Source of the DNA: a virus
Length of the DNA stretch: 64,000 nt
Virus record (IMG/VR): IMGVR_UViG_3300025131_000005
Direction: 5' to 3' (one strand)
The notes under the pieces were generated by a model. The model was given only the letters and a program-made list of their open reading frames with translations. It searched no databases and was not told where the DNA came from. The number at the start of each line of letters is the position of its first letter. Position 1 is the first letter of the stretch. Below are positions 27,034 through 37,310 of this stretch, piece after piece. A program made the position numbers and the translations under genes.

Positions 27034-27904
27034 TAAACAAAAAGATATTGACTACACCTATACGGGGGTGGAAAATCCCAAAGTAATTGAGGAACAAATC
27101 ATTACGCCTTCAACAATTGAGAATATTGATTTTTCTGTGCATGATTTTTTTGATAACAATTTGAATATGTCTACTAGAACAAATGAAGGATTTAAGAAAG
27201 TTCCAATTTATTGGGTAACCCCTGAAAGATCCTTTGCTAGAAAACTTAGAGAGTTAAGAGATAACAATGGAATGGTTATATATCCCTTGATAACAATAGA
27301 AAGAAAGGGCATCAATAAAGATCGGGCGAAAAGAGGAAAATATTATGCTGCGTTGGACCGTCTTCGAAGTTTTAATCAAGGACGGCTCACTATCTCACGT
27401 AGATTAAATCAAAACGAGACAAACAAATTTGCGACTGCTGCTGCTTATAGAAAAAGCAAACTTAATGATCCAAACATGAAGAGAAAAAATAAAAAAGTGG
27501 TTTATGAAACTATCACAGTTCCATATCCGGCTTATATGGATATGTCTTACGAAATAGTGATTTTTACAGAATACCAACAGCAAATGAATGAGATATTAGC
27601 TGCCACGGTTGATGGTACCAATCCCAGTAATTATTTTGTTCTAGAAAGGAATGGTCATGCATACGAAGCATTCGTCAAACCTGACTTTTCTTTTGATAAT
27701 ACAAATGCCCTTGAGGAAAAAGAGAGATCATATAAAACTACTGTGACGTTAGATGTCCTTGGTTATACAATTGGTTCCGGTGTTAATGCAAATTTGCCAA
27801 AGATAATTAAGACGCAGAATTTTGTGGAGATAAGAATCGGAAGAGAAAGGGTTTTGTTTGGTGACAAGAACCCCAATAACGATGATGGTTTTTTTAGAGG
27901 TTAG
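27023..27904 (+). CDS. Tail completion/terminator protein (gp15-like)
   Basis: Likely start ATG 27023. Lies between neck and sheath; P.YMDMSYEIVIFTEYQQQMNEI. Confidence 0.65.
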   Translation: MPDNKQKDIDYTYTGVENPKVIEEQIITPSTIENIDFSVHDFFDNNLNMSTRTNEGFKKVPIYWVTPERSFARKLRELRDNNGMVIYPLITIERKGINKDRAKRGKYYAALDRLRSFNQGRLTISRRLNQNETNKFATAAAYRKSKLNDPNMKRKNKKVVYETITVPYPAYMDMSYEIVIFTEYQQQMNEILAATVDGTNPSNYFVLERNGHAYEAFVKPDFSFDNTNALEEKERSYKTTVTLDVLGYTIGSGVNANLPKIIKTQNFVEIRIGRERVLFGDKNPNNDDGFFRG

Positions 27905-27985
27905 TTCTTTTCATAAAGTTATTTACTATTTACTATAGCATTAAAGCAACTTAATTAAATATATAATATAATAGGAGAATGTTCA

Positions 27986-30964
27986 ATGCCTGCAGATAAA
28001 TATCGTTTCATATCCCCTGGTGTTTTTACCACCGAAATAGACCAATCCCAAGTCAACACAGTTGACTTCGAACAAAGAGGTCCGGTAGTTATTGGGCGCT
28101 CCGTCAAAGGTCCAGCATTCCTGCCAACGCGTGTTCACTCATATGAACAATTTGTCAAGCTTTTTGGCGAACCCGTGGCAGGAGGCGATGTAAGAGATGC
28201 ATGGCGTAACCCTTCACAAGGTTCACCCATGTATAGTACTTATGCCGCAGAAGCTTATTTACGCAATAATCAACCTTTAACATTCGTGCGTGTGCTCGGC
28301 GCTCAAAGTCCCGATGCAACATCGACCACCGTTGGTGTAAACGGCTGGAATGCTCAATCACCCACCACCGCTGGTGGCGGCGCTTATGGATTATTTGTAT
28401 TCCCTAGTGGATCTGTCACGTCTGTTACTGGAACTTTAGCAGCGATATGGTATTGCAATTCTGACGCGTCACTGATTTTAAGTGGTAATATAAGCAACTG
28501 TGGTCGCATCACCGGGATGGCCGACGCGACCACCGGGGTAACCCAATCAAATGCTACTATGATAGAGAGTACTGCTAACGGATCTCCCAGTTTTAAAACT
28601 TATCTAAATCCCTCAAATGGTACTGCTGGACTTAAGACTTTTAACTTTTCAGTTAATGACGCGAATTTTATTAGAAACGTTTTTAATACCGATCCTACAC
28701 AATTGAATACTAATTTGTATCCTTCTGGCGACAATAAAGGTTATTTCTTAGGGCAAACCTTTGAAAGAGCCGTCAGCGCACTTTCGGCTACAGGCAAAGA
28801 CGAAGCGCCTATGATTGGTTTAATGTTGCAGCTCCAAAACATAACTGCAGAGACCGAAGGGGGAGATTTCAGAAATCTTAAAGACGCTGATTTCAGTCCC
28901 CCGACAGCAAAATCAGGATGGTTTGTATCTCAAGATTTGAATACTCCTGCTTCGGGTTTTACTGCAGATAATGGTACTCAAAGACTTTTCAGATTACATG
29001 GACTCTACGATTCCGGTCACGAAACGCAAAATAAAGTAAAGATTTCTATTAGAGATCTTCGTTTCCCCACAGCTCAAGAACAAACAGTGGATCCTTATCC
29101 TACTTTTACTGTAGAAGTTCGCCATATGGCGGATAATGATCGGGAGAAAAATGTCCTAGAGACATTTAGTGGGCTAAATCTTAATCCTGCTTCTATTAAT
29201 TATATTGCCGCCAGAATTGGTGATAAATACATGCAATATAATATCACTGAACAACGTCTGGAAACTCGTGGAGATTATGATAATAAATCTAATCATGTGC
29301 GTGTTGAAGTACACAATACAGTGGCACAAGGTGGAGGCAATCCTTCATTTATGCCTTTTGGTGTACTTGGTCCCCCCAAGTTCGCTGATTTTACTATAGA
29401 CAACGGCGGCTTCAGCGGTGGCAAAACTTACGAAGTAGGAACTATTGCCCAAGACGCTGCTTTTGCAGATGCTTTAGAGATTGTTGACGGCCCGGTGTTG
29501 TCGGGCTCCCCGGCTACGAACAAGGTAGATTTCGCCTTCAATGAGGGTGGCAGCGGTACCGCAGCGAGCATGACACAAGTCGTCGCTCAATTTCCGTCTA
29601 TCCCTCTTGTACAGAGCGCAAGTGTCATTATGGGCACAAACGGACAGCTTAATGCATATTTTGGTGCTGACTTGATGGAAAGCGCCGGAAATCGACGCCT
29701 ATCTTCGGATATTGTTGATTTGACACGCGTACTTCCGGCAGGACTTACTGACTCCTCTGGCGTAGCAACGTTGCAATATAAATTTACTCTGGATAATATT
29801 GTAAGAGTATCTTCTTCTGGTGCTCCAGTGGAGTGGATTTATCAAGATGGCGCACGTGCAGGAAATTTCTCTTACACAGCCGCTAGCGGCGCAGCTGAAT
29901 TAGTTAACACTGCTGATATTAATAAATTCACCACTGTTCTATACGGTGGTTTTGATGGATTTGATATTCGAGAACTCGACCCCTTTAGAAATACTCTTTT
30001 GGCAAACACCAACGTCATGCCCACGATTGGAGGTTCCACGGAAGTGGCTAATTACGCAGTCCATTCACTTCAACGGGCTATCAATATCGTCACAGATGCA
30101 GAATTTGTAGATTATAATCTGGCTACGATACCTGGTATTACTCATGCCGGTCTCACAGATAATTTAATTGATGTATGTGAGGATAGAGGAGATGCTTTAG
30201 CTATTGTTGACATTCAAAACGATTATCAGCCACGAGCAGAAGGCGCATCAGATAGTTATCCTAAGCTTCCTAACGTAACAGATGCGATCAATAGTTGGAA
30301 AATCCGCTCAACAGATTCAAGTTATGGTTCGGCATTTTTCCCATGGGTCCAGACCCGCGATAGGAGAAGCGGTCAGCTACTGTGGATTCCGCCTTCGGTT
30401 GCTGCTTTAGGAACGATGGGCTCTTCTGCGGCACGTTCTGAACTTTGGTTTGCTCCAGCTGGTTTTAATCGCGGAGGTCTCACACAAGGCTCTGCAGGCA
30501 TTCCAGTGACGAATGTACGCAAGAAGCTTACATCTAAGAATCGTGATAAGCTTTATGAGCATAGAATCAATCCAATTGCCTCTTTCCCAACTGAAGGTAT
30601 TGTGGTTTTTGGTCAGAAGACGTGTCAAGTTCAAGCCACTGCTTTGGATAGAATTAATGTGAGGAGATTGTTAATTTATCTTAAGAAGAGAATCTCGACC
30701 ATTGCAAACAACCTACTCTTTGATCAAAACGTACCTGCAACATGGGCGAGATTCAAAGGTCAGGTTGAACCACTTTTATCTGATGTACAAACCAGATTTG
30801 GCTTGAGTGATTACAAATTGGTACTGGATGAAACTACCACCACACCAGATTTGATTGATCGAAATGTTATGTATGCTAAGGTTTATTTGAAGCCCGCAAG
30901 AGCTATCGAATTTATTGCCTTAGACTTCTATATTACATCAACCGGCGCTTCTTTTGAGGATTAA
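27986..30964 (+). CDS. Tail sheath protein (gp18-like), large
   Basis: FISPGVFTTEID, WFAPAGFNRG, RINPIASF, VVFGQKT, DRINVRRLLIYLKK, KPARAIEFIALDF. Confidence 0.96.
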   Translation: MPADKYRFISPGVFTTEIDQSQVNTVDFEQRGPVVIGRSVKGPAFLPTRVHSYEQFVKLFGEPVAGGDVRDAWRNPSQGSPMYSTYAAEAYLRNNQPLTFVRVLGAQSPDATSTTVGVNGWNAQSPTTAGGGAYGLFVFPSGSVTSVTGTLAAIWYCNSDASLILSGNISNCGRITGMADATTGVTQSNATMIESTANGSPSFKTYLNPSNGTAGLKTFNFSVNDANFIRNVFNTDPTQLNTNLYPSGDNKGYFLGQTFERAVSALSATGKDEAPMIGLMLQLQNITAETEGGDFRNLKDADFSPPTAKSGWFVSQDLNTPASGFTADNGTQRLFRLHGLYDSGHETQNKVKISIRDLRFPTAQEQTVDPYPTFTVEVRHMADNDREKNVLETFSGLNLNPASINYIAARIGDKYMQYNITEQRLETRGDYDNKSNHVRVEVHNTVAQGGGNPSFMPFGVLGPPKFADFTIDNGGFSGGKTYEVGTIAQDAAFADALEIVDGPVLSGSPATNKVDFAFNEGGSGTAASMTQVVAQFPSIPLVQSASVIMGTNGQLNAYFGADLMESAGNRRLSSDIVDLTRVLPAGLTDSSGVATLQYKFTLDNIVRVSSSGAPVEWIYQDGARAGNFSYTAASGAAELVNTADINKFTTVLYGGFDGFDIRELDPFRNTLLANTNVMPTIGGSTEVANYAVHSLQRAINIVTDAEFVDYNLATIPGITHAGLTDNLIDVCEDRGDALAIVDIQNDYQPRAEGASDSYPKLPNVTDAINSWKIRSTDSSYGSAFFPWVQTRDRRSGQLLWIPPSVAALGTMGSSAARSELWFAPAGFNRGGLTQGSAGIPVTNVRKKLTSKNRDKLYEHRINPIASFPTEGIVVFGQKTCQVQATALDRINVRRLLIYLKKRISTIANNLLFDQNVPATWARFKGQVEPLLSDVQTRFGLSDYKLVLDETTTTPDLIDRNVMYAKVYLKPARAIEFIALDFYITSTGASFED

Positions 30965-31016
30965 AATTTTATAGGTGACTATTTAAGATATAGAAGCCAC
31001 ACAGGAGATTAGTTAA

Positions 31017-31691
31017 ATGGCAAGTAATTTAAACCCAGCAACTTTTTGGAATTCGACCATGGTAGAGCCTAAAAGGCAATTTAGGTTTTACATTAGTTTT
31101 GGTCAGATGGGCGATGGTCCCACATTCGCATGTAAAAGTATTGGAAAACCCAAGGTTCAGCTTGATGCAACAGAACATAAGTTTTTAAATCATACTTTTA
31201 GATATCCAAATCGTGCGGTATGGCAACCAATTAGTGTGGTACTTGTCGATACAGCTGATCCTGATATGAGCGCTACCCTTTTAGGTATTTTGAGACAAGC
31301 AGGATATACGTGGCCCGAAAATATGAATGCTGCGTCGACATGCATTACAAAGGCTCAAGCAACATCTCCTTTTGATTTGGTCACAATTACCCAAATTGGC
31401 AAGCCTTTGCCTGTAGGTGGTGCCACAAAGGTCCCTACAGATACTTTTCTAGCTAACATGGATTTAGATATTATCGATCAATGGACATTGAACAACGCTT
31501 GGATGGGCGGTACTATTGATTTTGGTGGTGATCTAGGATATGAGAACGATGGTTTGGTGGAAGTTAAATTTGATCTTCAATATGATTTTGCCTATATGAC
31601 AGCCGCAGGCGGTGTTCGCGGCGGATGGGCCGATATGGCAGCTCCGGGTCTAGTACCTCGTTTTGCTAGCCCACTAGATAATAAAGGTTAA
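31017..31691 (+). CDS. Tail tube protein (gp19-like)
   Basis: EPKRQFRF...KPK...EHKFLNHTFRYPNRAVWQPISV; directly after the sheath. Confidence 0.85.
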   Translation: MASNLNPATFWNSTMVEPKRQFRFYISFGQMGDGPTFACKSIGKPKVQLDATEHKFLNHTFRYPNRAVWQPISVVLVDTADPDMSATLLGILRQAGYTWPENMNAASTCITKAQATSPFDLVTITQIGKPLPVGGATKVPTDTFLANMDLDIIDQWTLNNAWMGGTIDFGGDLGYENDGLVEVKFDLQYDFAYMTAAGGVRGGWADMAAPGLVPRFASPLDNKG

Positions 31692-31721
31692 TTTAAGAGG
31701 TAAAAATTTTAAGAGGTAAAA

Positions 31722-32588
31722 ATGGAATCAAGAAATAATAGTGCTCGCTTGGCAGCGCCTGAAAATTCAGCACCTGCCACGGAAGAGCCTACTATTCCTG
31801 TTGAGGCAACGGAAAACACTGAAAATACAAACAAGAATAGCTTGTTAAATTTCATACGTCCTACTGAATTTGTTAAACTTCCCACGGGAGGAAGATTTTA
31901 TCCCGAAGGTCACGCACTGCACAACCAGGATCATATTGAAATCCACCAGATGACAGCCAAAGAAGAAGATATTCTCACTAACCGTTCTTTAGTAAAGAAA
32001 GGCGTTGCTCTCGATAGAGTAGTACACAGTTTATTGGTTAGCAAAAATATCAATGTTAAAGATTTGTTTTTGGGCGATAAAAACGCTGTAATAGTTGCAG
32101 CCAGAATATCAGCGTATGGGGCAGAATATAAGGTAAAAATTTCGTGCCCTGAATGTGGAGTATCACAGGCTCATGAAATGGATTTGGGAGATTTACTGGC
32201 TACTAGTGATGAATTTGAAATACCTACCGGTGTTCAAATGAATGATAGGGGTAATTTTATCCTTACATTGCCAAAGACAAATATTGTTGCAGAGGTAAGA
32301 CTCCTTAACGGCCATGATGGCATAGAAAATACTAGAAACAATAAAGACATCAGTTTAATCGAGATGTTTAAGAAAATTGTGGTTTCTTTGAATAATGTTA
32401 CAGACAGAAAGATGGTTAATGAGTTCCTGGAATTAATGCCAGCATCCGATTCGAGAAACTTGAGAGAAACTTATGCTAATCTGGTACCCAACATTGATTT
32501 GACAACACATTTTGAATGCAACGCTTGCGATCATGAGCAAGGAATGGAGGTTCCGCTTAGTGCGGACTTTTTTTGGCCTCGATCATAA
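31722..32588 (+). CDS. Baseplate hub assembly/tail assembly chaperone (gp26-like)
   Basis: VKLPTGGRFYP, MTAKEEDIL, two CxxC motifs, ends ADFFWPRS on a T7 run. Confidence 0.85.
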   Translation: MESRNNSARLAAPENSAPATEEPTIPVEATENTENTNKNSLLNFIRPTEFVKLPTGGRFYPEGHALHNQDHIEIHQMTAKEEDILTNRSLVKKGVALDRVVHSLLVSKNINVKDLFLGDKNAVIVAARISAYGAEYKVKISCPECGVSQAHEMDLGDLLATSDEFEIPTGVQMNDRGNFILTLPKTNIVAEVRLLNGHDGIENTRNNKDISLIEMFKKIVVSLNNVTDRKMVNEFLELMPASDSRNLRETYANLVPNIDLTTHFECNACDHEQGMEVPLSADFFWPRS

Positions 32589-32772
32589 CTATAGTGAAAA
32601 TGTATATGAGCAAATGTTTGCGCTTGTTTTTCATGGAAAGATCAGCTTGGTTGAAGCGTATAATATGCCAGTTGGATTAAGAAACTGGTTTTTAACTCGC
32701 CTGAAACGCGAATTTGAAGAAGAAAAAGAGCGTCATGAACAGGCGAGAAATTCTTCTAGACAGAGAAGATGA
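32560..32772 (+). CDS. Small gp51-like baseplate/tail assembly ORF overlapping the chaperone 3' end (GTG start or frameshift extension)
   Basis: FFGLDHNYSENVYEQMFALVFHGKISLVEAYNMPVGLRNW resembles T4-like gp51 C-terminal domains. GGAGG at 32546-50 precedes GTG 32560. Confidence 0.7.
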   Translation: MRTFFGLDHNYSENVYEQMFALVFHGKISLVEAYNMPVGLRNWFLTRLKREFEEEKERHEQARNSSRQRR

Positions 32773-32822
32773 TGTATTTTGTAGATAAAAACTAATTATA
32801 ATGATTAGTAGAGGTTTTATTT

Positions 32823-33137
32823 ATGGAAAGTATTACAATTGATTTGCATAAATACAAGGTATTGAATGAAGTTTCGCTTGCAACTTTTGGTTCGAACTTG
32901 ATGATCACATTGAAAGCAATGTTTGGCACTTCAGGATTTAGTCCAAATTTGACTGTGCGAGGCACCCAAAAAGATGTACAGAAATTTGTTATGGCGCTTG
33001 CCGGTGAGAAGATGTACATGAAAAGCTATCTAAAGCATGGCCTCGACGATCCGCGAACTCAACGCGATAAATATAAGCTTCAAAATGCCGTTAAGGCATT
33101 TGAAAGAGAGACGGGCATCAAATGGCCGTTTAAATAG
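32823..33137 (+). CDS. Hypothetical protein
   Basis: 104 aa, GAGG RBS, ACTAATTA motif variant at 32791-98. Confidence 0.7.
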   Translation: MESITIDLHKYKVLNEVSLATFGSNLMITLKAMFGTSGFSPNLTVRGTQKDVQKFVMALAGEKMYMKSYLKHGLDDPRTQRDKYKLQNAVKAFERETGIKWPFK

Positions 33138-33149
33138 AGGTCCTTTTGA

Positions 33150-35942
33150 ATGCCCCCATCGAATCTAACTCCAGAACAACTTGCGCGGCTTGAAGCAGCA
33201 CTGGCTTCACTTAATGCCGAGCGCCAAAAAGAAAAAATATTACTCAATGAGCTAGCAGCTGCAGAAGGTAAATCTGTCGAAGCAGTCTCTGCAAAACTTG
33301 ATATCCTTAAAGAGCAGAGTGAACAGCTCCAACAGAGTGCCAAAATATTTGCCGAGATGCGCTTAACTGCTGGCGGCGATATTGAAATAATGAAGCAGCA
33401 GGCAGCTCTTAGATTAGCAGAACTAGAGGAGACTGCGAAAAAAAACATATTATCTGAGGAGGAAATACGTCTCCGTGAACGTCTTACAGAGGTTTTAGAG
33501 GCTGACGCCGAAGAAACAGCTGAACTTGTAAAGAATATGCATGAGCTTGCAGCTGCCCAAGCAGAAGACATCAAACAGATGGAAGAATTAACAGAACGTT
33601 CTTCAAACTTAGGATCGGAATTTGCAAAGCTGGGCGGCAATGTCTTTGGGTTAGATAAAAACATGGAAGGTTTCTCCGGAACCCTTGCAACGGGTATTAC
33701 ACAGGGTGTGGATATGGGTGACACTCTTGGAAAAATGGGAGCTGATTTTCAAAATCTATTTAATCCCATCAGCTTAATTACTAATATTCTTGCCAACACA
33801 TTCGCTCGCATACAAGAATTTGCAGATATTGAAGCGGAAATCAGGCAGGTAACCGGTGCTGGTCGCGAAATGAATGATGTGTTTATAAATTCGTATCGAA
33901 GCACTCTTTCATTGGGAGTACAATCAGCCGAAACCGCAGCCGCCGTTAAGACTCTTTATACAGAATTTGTTGGATTTTCTGCCTTAAGTGGGCAAGCACA
34001 AGCAGATATGGCATCTTTTACCACTACTTTAGATTATTTTAATATCGAGGCTCAAACTACTGCCGAAGCGATGGATTTTCTCCAAATGTCTTTACAGATG
34101 AGTGACACTGCAGCAAAGAATACAGTAGCCGATATGGTTGGTTTGGCAAAAGCATTAAAGGTGCCACCCAGTATTATCATGAAAGATTTTAATGCTGCCA
34201 GAAATGTCATTGGACAATTTGGGAAACAGGGTTTTAAGGTTTTCAAACAATTATCTGCTCAAGTAAAATCCACAGGTGTAGAAATGAGTTCTCTTTTGGG
34301 AATCGCTGAAGGATTTGATACTTTTGAAAGCGCTGCAGACCATGTTGGTTCTTTAAATGCGTTATTGGGTGGGGCTTATTTTGATACTATGCAAATGGTA
34401 TCCGCAACTGAGGCAGAAAGAATCGAATTAATGAGGGAAGGAATTGCTGCATCTGGTAAATCTTGGGAATCAATGGGTCGCTTTGAAAGAAAAGCAATTA
34501 TGAACGCAGCGGGCATTAATGATATGACCGAGGCCAATAAGCTGTTCGGTAACAGCCTTGATGTATATTACGAACAAGAAGCCGCCGCTGCAGTAGCAGC
34601 AGGTAGTTTAACAGATTTGACTCAAGGCGCAAAAGATGCGATGAGCATGAGTGATAAAATGAATGCCATATTTAATAGAATGATGTTGATAATGCAGCCT
34701 CTTGTTGATGCAGTGATGGGAGTTTTTGATGGAATATTAGAAGGGTTTGAAATGATCGAACCAGTGTTTAAATTTGTCGAAGAGCTTGGAGGCGCTTTAT
34801 TCACTATCTTAGCTCCGGTGATGAAATTGATTGGAAAGTTAGGAGTACTATTTTTAGCATTTAAGGTATTGGGAGTAGTGATAGGCGCTGTTATGAGTCC
34901 GGTAGGATTGATTATTGGATCGATTGTCCTGCTCTATAAATTATTTACTGATGGTCCACAATTTATTTTTGATTTTGCGGAAAGTTTAATTTCGGGATTG
35001 ATGAAGGTATCCATTTTTATGCTTAAATTACCATATATAATACTGCAAGGTATTGCCGAGGGGCTCATATGGTTGACCGAAGGGCTGATTAAAGTTTTCG
35101 AAACCCTACCGGATACGATAGTTGACTTTATAATAGGCATTCCGGACATGATAGCAAATGCTTTCGAAGAGGAGACTGGTGAAGGGAGTGCGTTTTTTGG
35201 AACATTTTTATCTGTTTTTGGCAAATTATTTAAAGCAATTTTTTGGGATCTGCCTTTAGCCACCCTTAAATTACTGTTTGTCGGAATCCCTACAGCACTT
35301 TTTAAATTAGCAGCCAAACTGCCAGCAGCTTTGGCATCCATGGGAAGATCGATTATGGAATCTTTATTTGGGGATACTGGGACTGCTATAGCAGATTTCT
35401 TCGGTGACGCAATGGAATGGGCCGGAGAATTCTTTGATTTTATTACTGCACCATTTAAGTGGCTAGCAGGCACAGTCGAAAGCGTAGTCGAGGGAATCGG
35501 AGGGGCAATCGATTATCTCGCGGATTTCAATCCTTTAGATATGTTGGGGGATATGGCTAGCAGCATTGGTGAAACTTTAAATCCGCTTAATTGGTTTGCT
35601 GAAGGGGGCATCGTCAGTGGTCCACAGATTGTCGGTGTAGGAGAAGGAGGTCCCGAAGCTATTGTTCCGCTTTCTAGACTAACTGAATTTACAGAAGTTT
35701 TGAGCCCAGCGACACCAGATACAGACATGTCGATAGCCTCTGAAATCATGTCCTTCGCGAACTCTTTCTTCCCAGGCGGGGAACCCGATACGATCCCCCC
35801 CGCTAAAGCAGTTGGCAAGCCTGCTGTCCAGCCTGCACCGAAACAAGAGGTTATTTTAGAGGTTGATGGATATCGTCTTGGAAAAGTTGTGTATGAAAGT
35901 TTTCTGAAAGGAAAACTAGAACCAATGTTGGAGAGTACTTAA
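33150..35942 (+). CDS. Tape measure protein
   Basis: 930 aa, Ala/Glu-rich helical with a hydrophobic central region, C-terminal FAEGGIV.GP...VGEGGPEAIVPL. Follows tube and chaperone. Confidence 0.88.
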   Translation: MPPSNLTPEQLARLEAALASLNAERQKEKILLNELAAAEGKSVEAVSAKLDILKEQSEQLQQSAKIFAEMRLTAGGDIEIMKQQAALRLAELEETAKKNILSEEEIRLRERLTEVLEADAEETAELVKNMHELAAAQAEDIKQMEELTERSSNLGSEFAKLGGNVFGLDKNMEGFSGTLATGITQGVDMGDTLGKMGADFQNLFNPISLITNILANTFARIQEFADIEAEIRQVTGAGREMNDVFINSYRSTLSLGVQSAETAAAVKTLYTEFVGFSALSGQAQADMASFTTTLDYFNIEAQTTAEAMDFLQMSLQMSDTAAKNTVADMVGLAKALKVPPSIIMKDFNAARNVIGQFGKQGFKVFKQLSAQVKSTGVEMSSLLGIAEGFDTFESAADHVGSLNALLGGAYFDTMQMVSATEAERIELMREGIAASGKSWESMGRFERKAIMNAAGINDMTEANKLFGNSLDVYYEQEAAAAVAAGSLTDLTQGAKDAMSMSDKMNAIFNRMMLIMQPLVDAVMGVFDGILEGFEMIEPVFKFVEELGGALFTILAPVMKLIGKLGVLFLAFKVLGVVIGAVMSPVGLIIGSIVLLYKLFTDGPQFIFDFAESLISGLMKVSIFMLKLPYIILQGIAEGLIWLTEGLIKVFETLPDTIVDFIIGIPDMIANAFEEETGEGSAFFGTFLSVFGKLFKAIFWDLPLATLKLLFVGIPTALFKLAAKLPAALASMGRSIMESLFGDTGTAIADFFGDAMEWAGEFFDFITAPFKWLAGTVESVVEGIGGAIDYLADFNPLDMLGDMASSIGETLNPLNWFAEGGIVSGPQIVGVGEGGPEAIVPLSRLTEFTEVLSPATPDTDMSIASEIMSFANSFFPGGEPDTIPPAKAVGKPAVQPAPKQEVILEVDGYRLGKVVYESFLKGKLEPMLEST

Positions 35943-35943
35943 A

Positions 35944-36885
35944 ATGAAAAGTGACGGCACAGAGGAACTATACGCCAAGAAACTTCTTGGTTTGCAGATT
36001 ATGCATGTGCCTACTGGGAAAATAGTTGAGTTTAAGGCATTTCTCACACAATTTTCTGATACTTATAATTCTTCTTGGAATGCGGAGTCAGTATATGGAA
36101 GAATGGATCCTATTGCAACATTTCAAGGTACCACAAGAGAAATAGCTGTGGGCTGGAGTGTCCCTGCATTTAGCAATGATGAGGCAAAGTTAAATTTAGA
36201 GAAAGCTTCATTGTTTTTTTCAATGTTATATCCTGCATATTCTCCATCTTCAGGGGTCGGAGGCGCAGGACAAATCAGCGCATCACCTCTTTTGAAGATT
36301 AAGTTTGCAAATTTAATTTGTAGTGTGACGAAAGGTCAAGGAAAAAATATAAAAGGAGTTAGAGAAGGGGGGCTATTGGGTTTTATTAACGGTGCGGTCT
36401 CCTTAACTCCTGATTTTGAAGGCGCTGGTTTTTATGATCCAGGATTTGGCGAAGTATATCCATTATTATTTAATTTAAGTTTTGCTTTCACTGTTCTTCA
36501 CACTCATAAACTTGGGTGGGAAGCGGGCGCATCGCGTTCTAGATTAACAGAAACCAATGCCGCTGGTACCCCTCAATTTCCGTATGGGAGCCCTTATCCT
36601 CCGGCTGGTGCATCTAAAATTAATAAATTGGGAGCAAGTGACGCATCTCCGTTACCTAATGCTCACGCACCAATGACGGATGAGGAGTTAGCAGTATCGT
36701 CTACTGTTGAGGACTTTTCAGATAATCCCCAACAGACAATGGCAGATTTACCATCTGGCGAAACTGATCCAGAAACTGGAAAAAACATTTCTCTTGGACA
36801 AGCTGGCCCAAATATGAGTTTGCCCGATGGGGAGATAGCGCAATCCTTGATGTCACAGATGACAGAAGGAGCCTTATCAAAATAA
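35944..36885 (+). CDS. Baseplate/tail tube initiator-like protein
   Basis: FKAFLTQFSDTYNSSWNAESVYGRMDPIATFQGTTR; follows the tape measure gene. Confidence 0.7.
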   Translation: MKSDGTEELYAKKLLGLQIMHVPTGKIVEFKAFLTQFSDTYNSSWNAESVYGRMDPIATFQGTTREIAVGWSVPAFSNDEAKLNLEKASLFFSMLYPAYSPSSGVGGAGQISASPLLKIKFANLICSVTKGQGKNIKGVREGGLLGFINGAVSLTPDFEGAGFYDPGFGEVYPLLFNLSFAFTVLHTHKLGWEAGASRSRLTETNAAGTPQFPYGSPYPPAGASKINKLGASDASPLPNAHAPMTDEELAVSSTVEDFSDNPQQTMADLPSGETDPETGKNISLGQAGPNMSLPDGEIAQSLMSQMTEGALSK

Positions 36886-36957
36886 TTTTCATGTTTGTTT
36901 CCGAAAGAAACATATGTAGTTACACTATTTATTAATAGTTTCGAGGAGATAATTTAT

Positions 36958-37299
36958 ATGACGGTGCGAAGAAATAGTTCAAGAGAAGTGGTTTATAATT
37001 CAAGTGAACTGTACTCTAATATTCTGAAACGGAGAAATAAAGATTTCATTGAACAATATGTTACTGGTGAACTAAAGTATCCAACACAAGTACAAATTCA
37101 AAGCCTTTTTCTTAAACGACATATGTGGGTGATGGGTGATCGTTTTTGGAAACTTTCTGCAACCAATTATGGCGATCCAGAACTTTGGTGGACAATTGCT
37201 TGGTTTAATAAGCGTCCCACAGAAGCTCATGTACGTTATGGTGATATAGTTTATATTCCCCACCCATTAGATAAATTATACAGTTATTATGGTATTTAG
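36958..37299 (+). CDS. LysM-like baseplate protein (gp53/tail X-like)
   Basis: GDRFWKLSATNYGDPELWWTIAWFN...GDIVYIP. Likely start ATG 36958. Confidence 0.8.
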   Translation: MTVRRNSSREVVYNSSELYSNILKRRNKDFIEQYVTGELKYPTQVQIQSLFLKRHMWVMGDRFWKLSATNYGDPELWWTIAWFNKRPTEAHVRYGDIVYIPHPLDKLYSYYGI

Positions 37300-37310
37300 G
37301 GGAAATATCG

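Noticed and set aside
31692-31722. Tandem duplication tttaagaggtaaaaa x2 before the chaperone gene
   Set aside because: A simple duplicated RBS region with no evidence of function; could be a slippage or assembly artefact.
33080-35818. Long minus-strand ORFs (33080..33724, 34934..35473, 35513..35818)
   Set aside because: Antisense shadows of the tape measure gene, expected from its codon bias. No minus-strand gene in the window has independent support.
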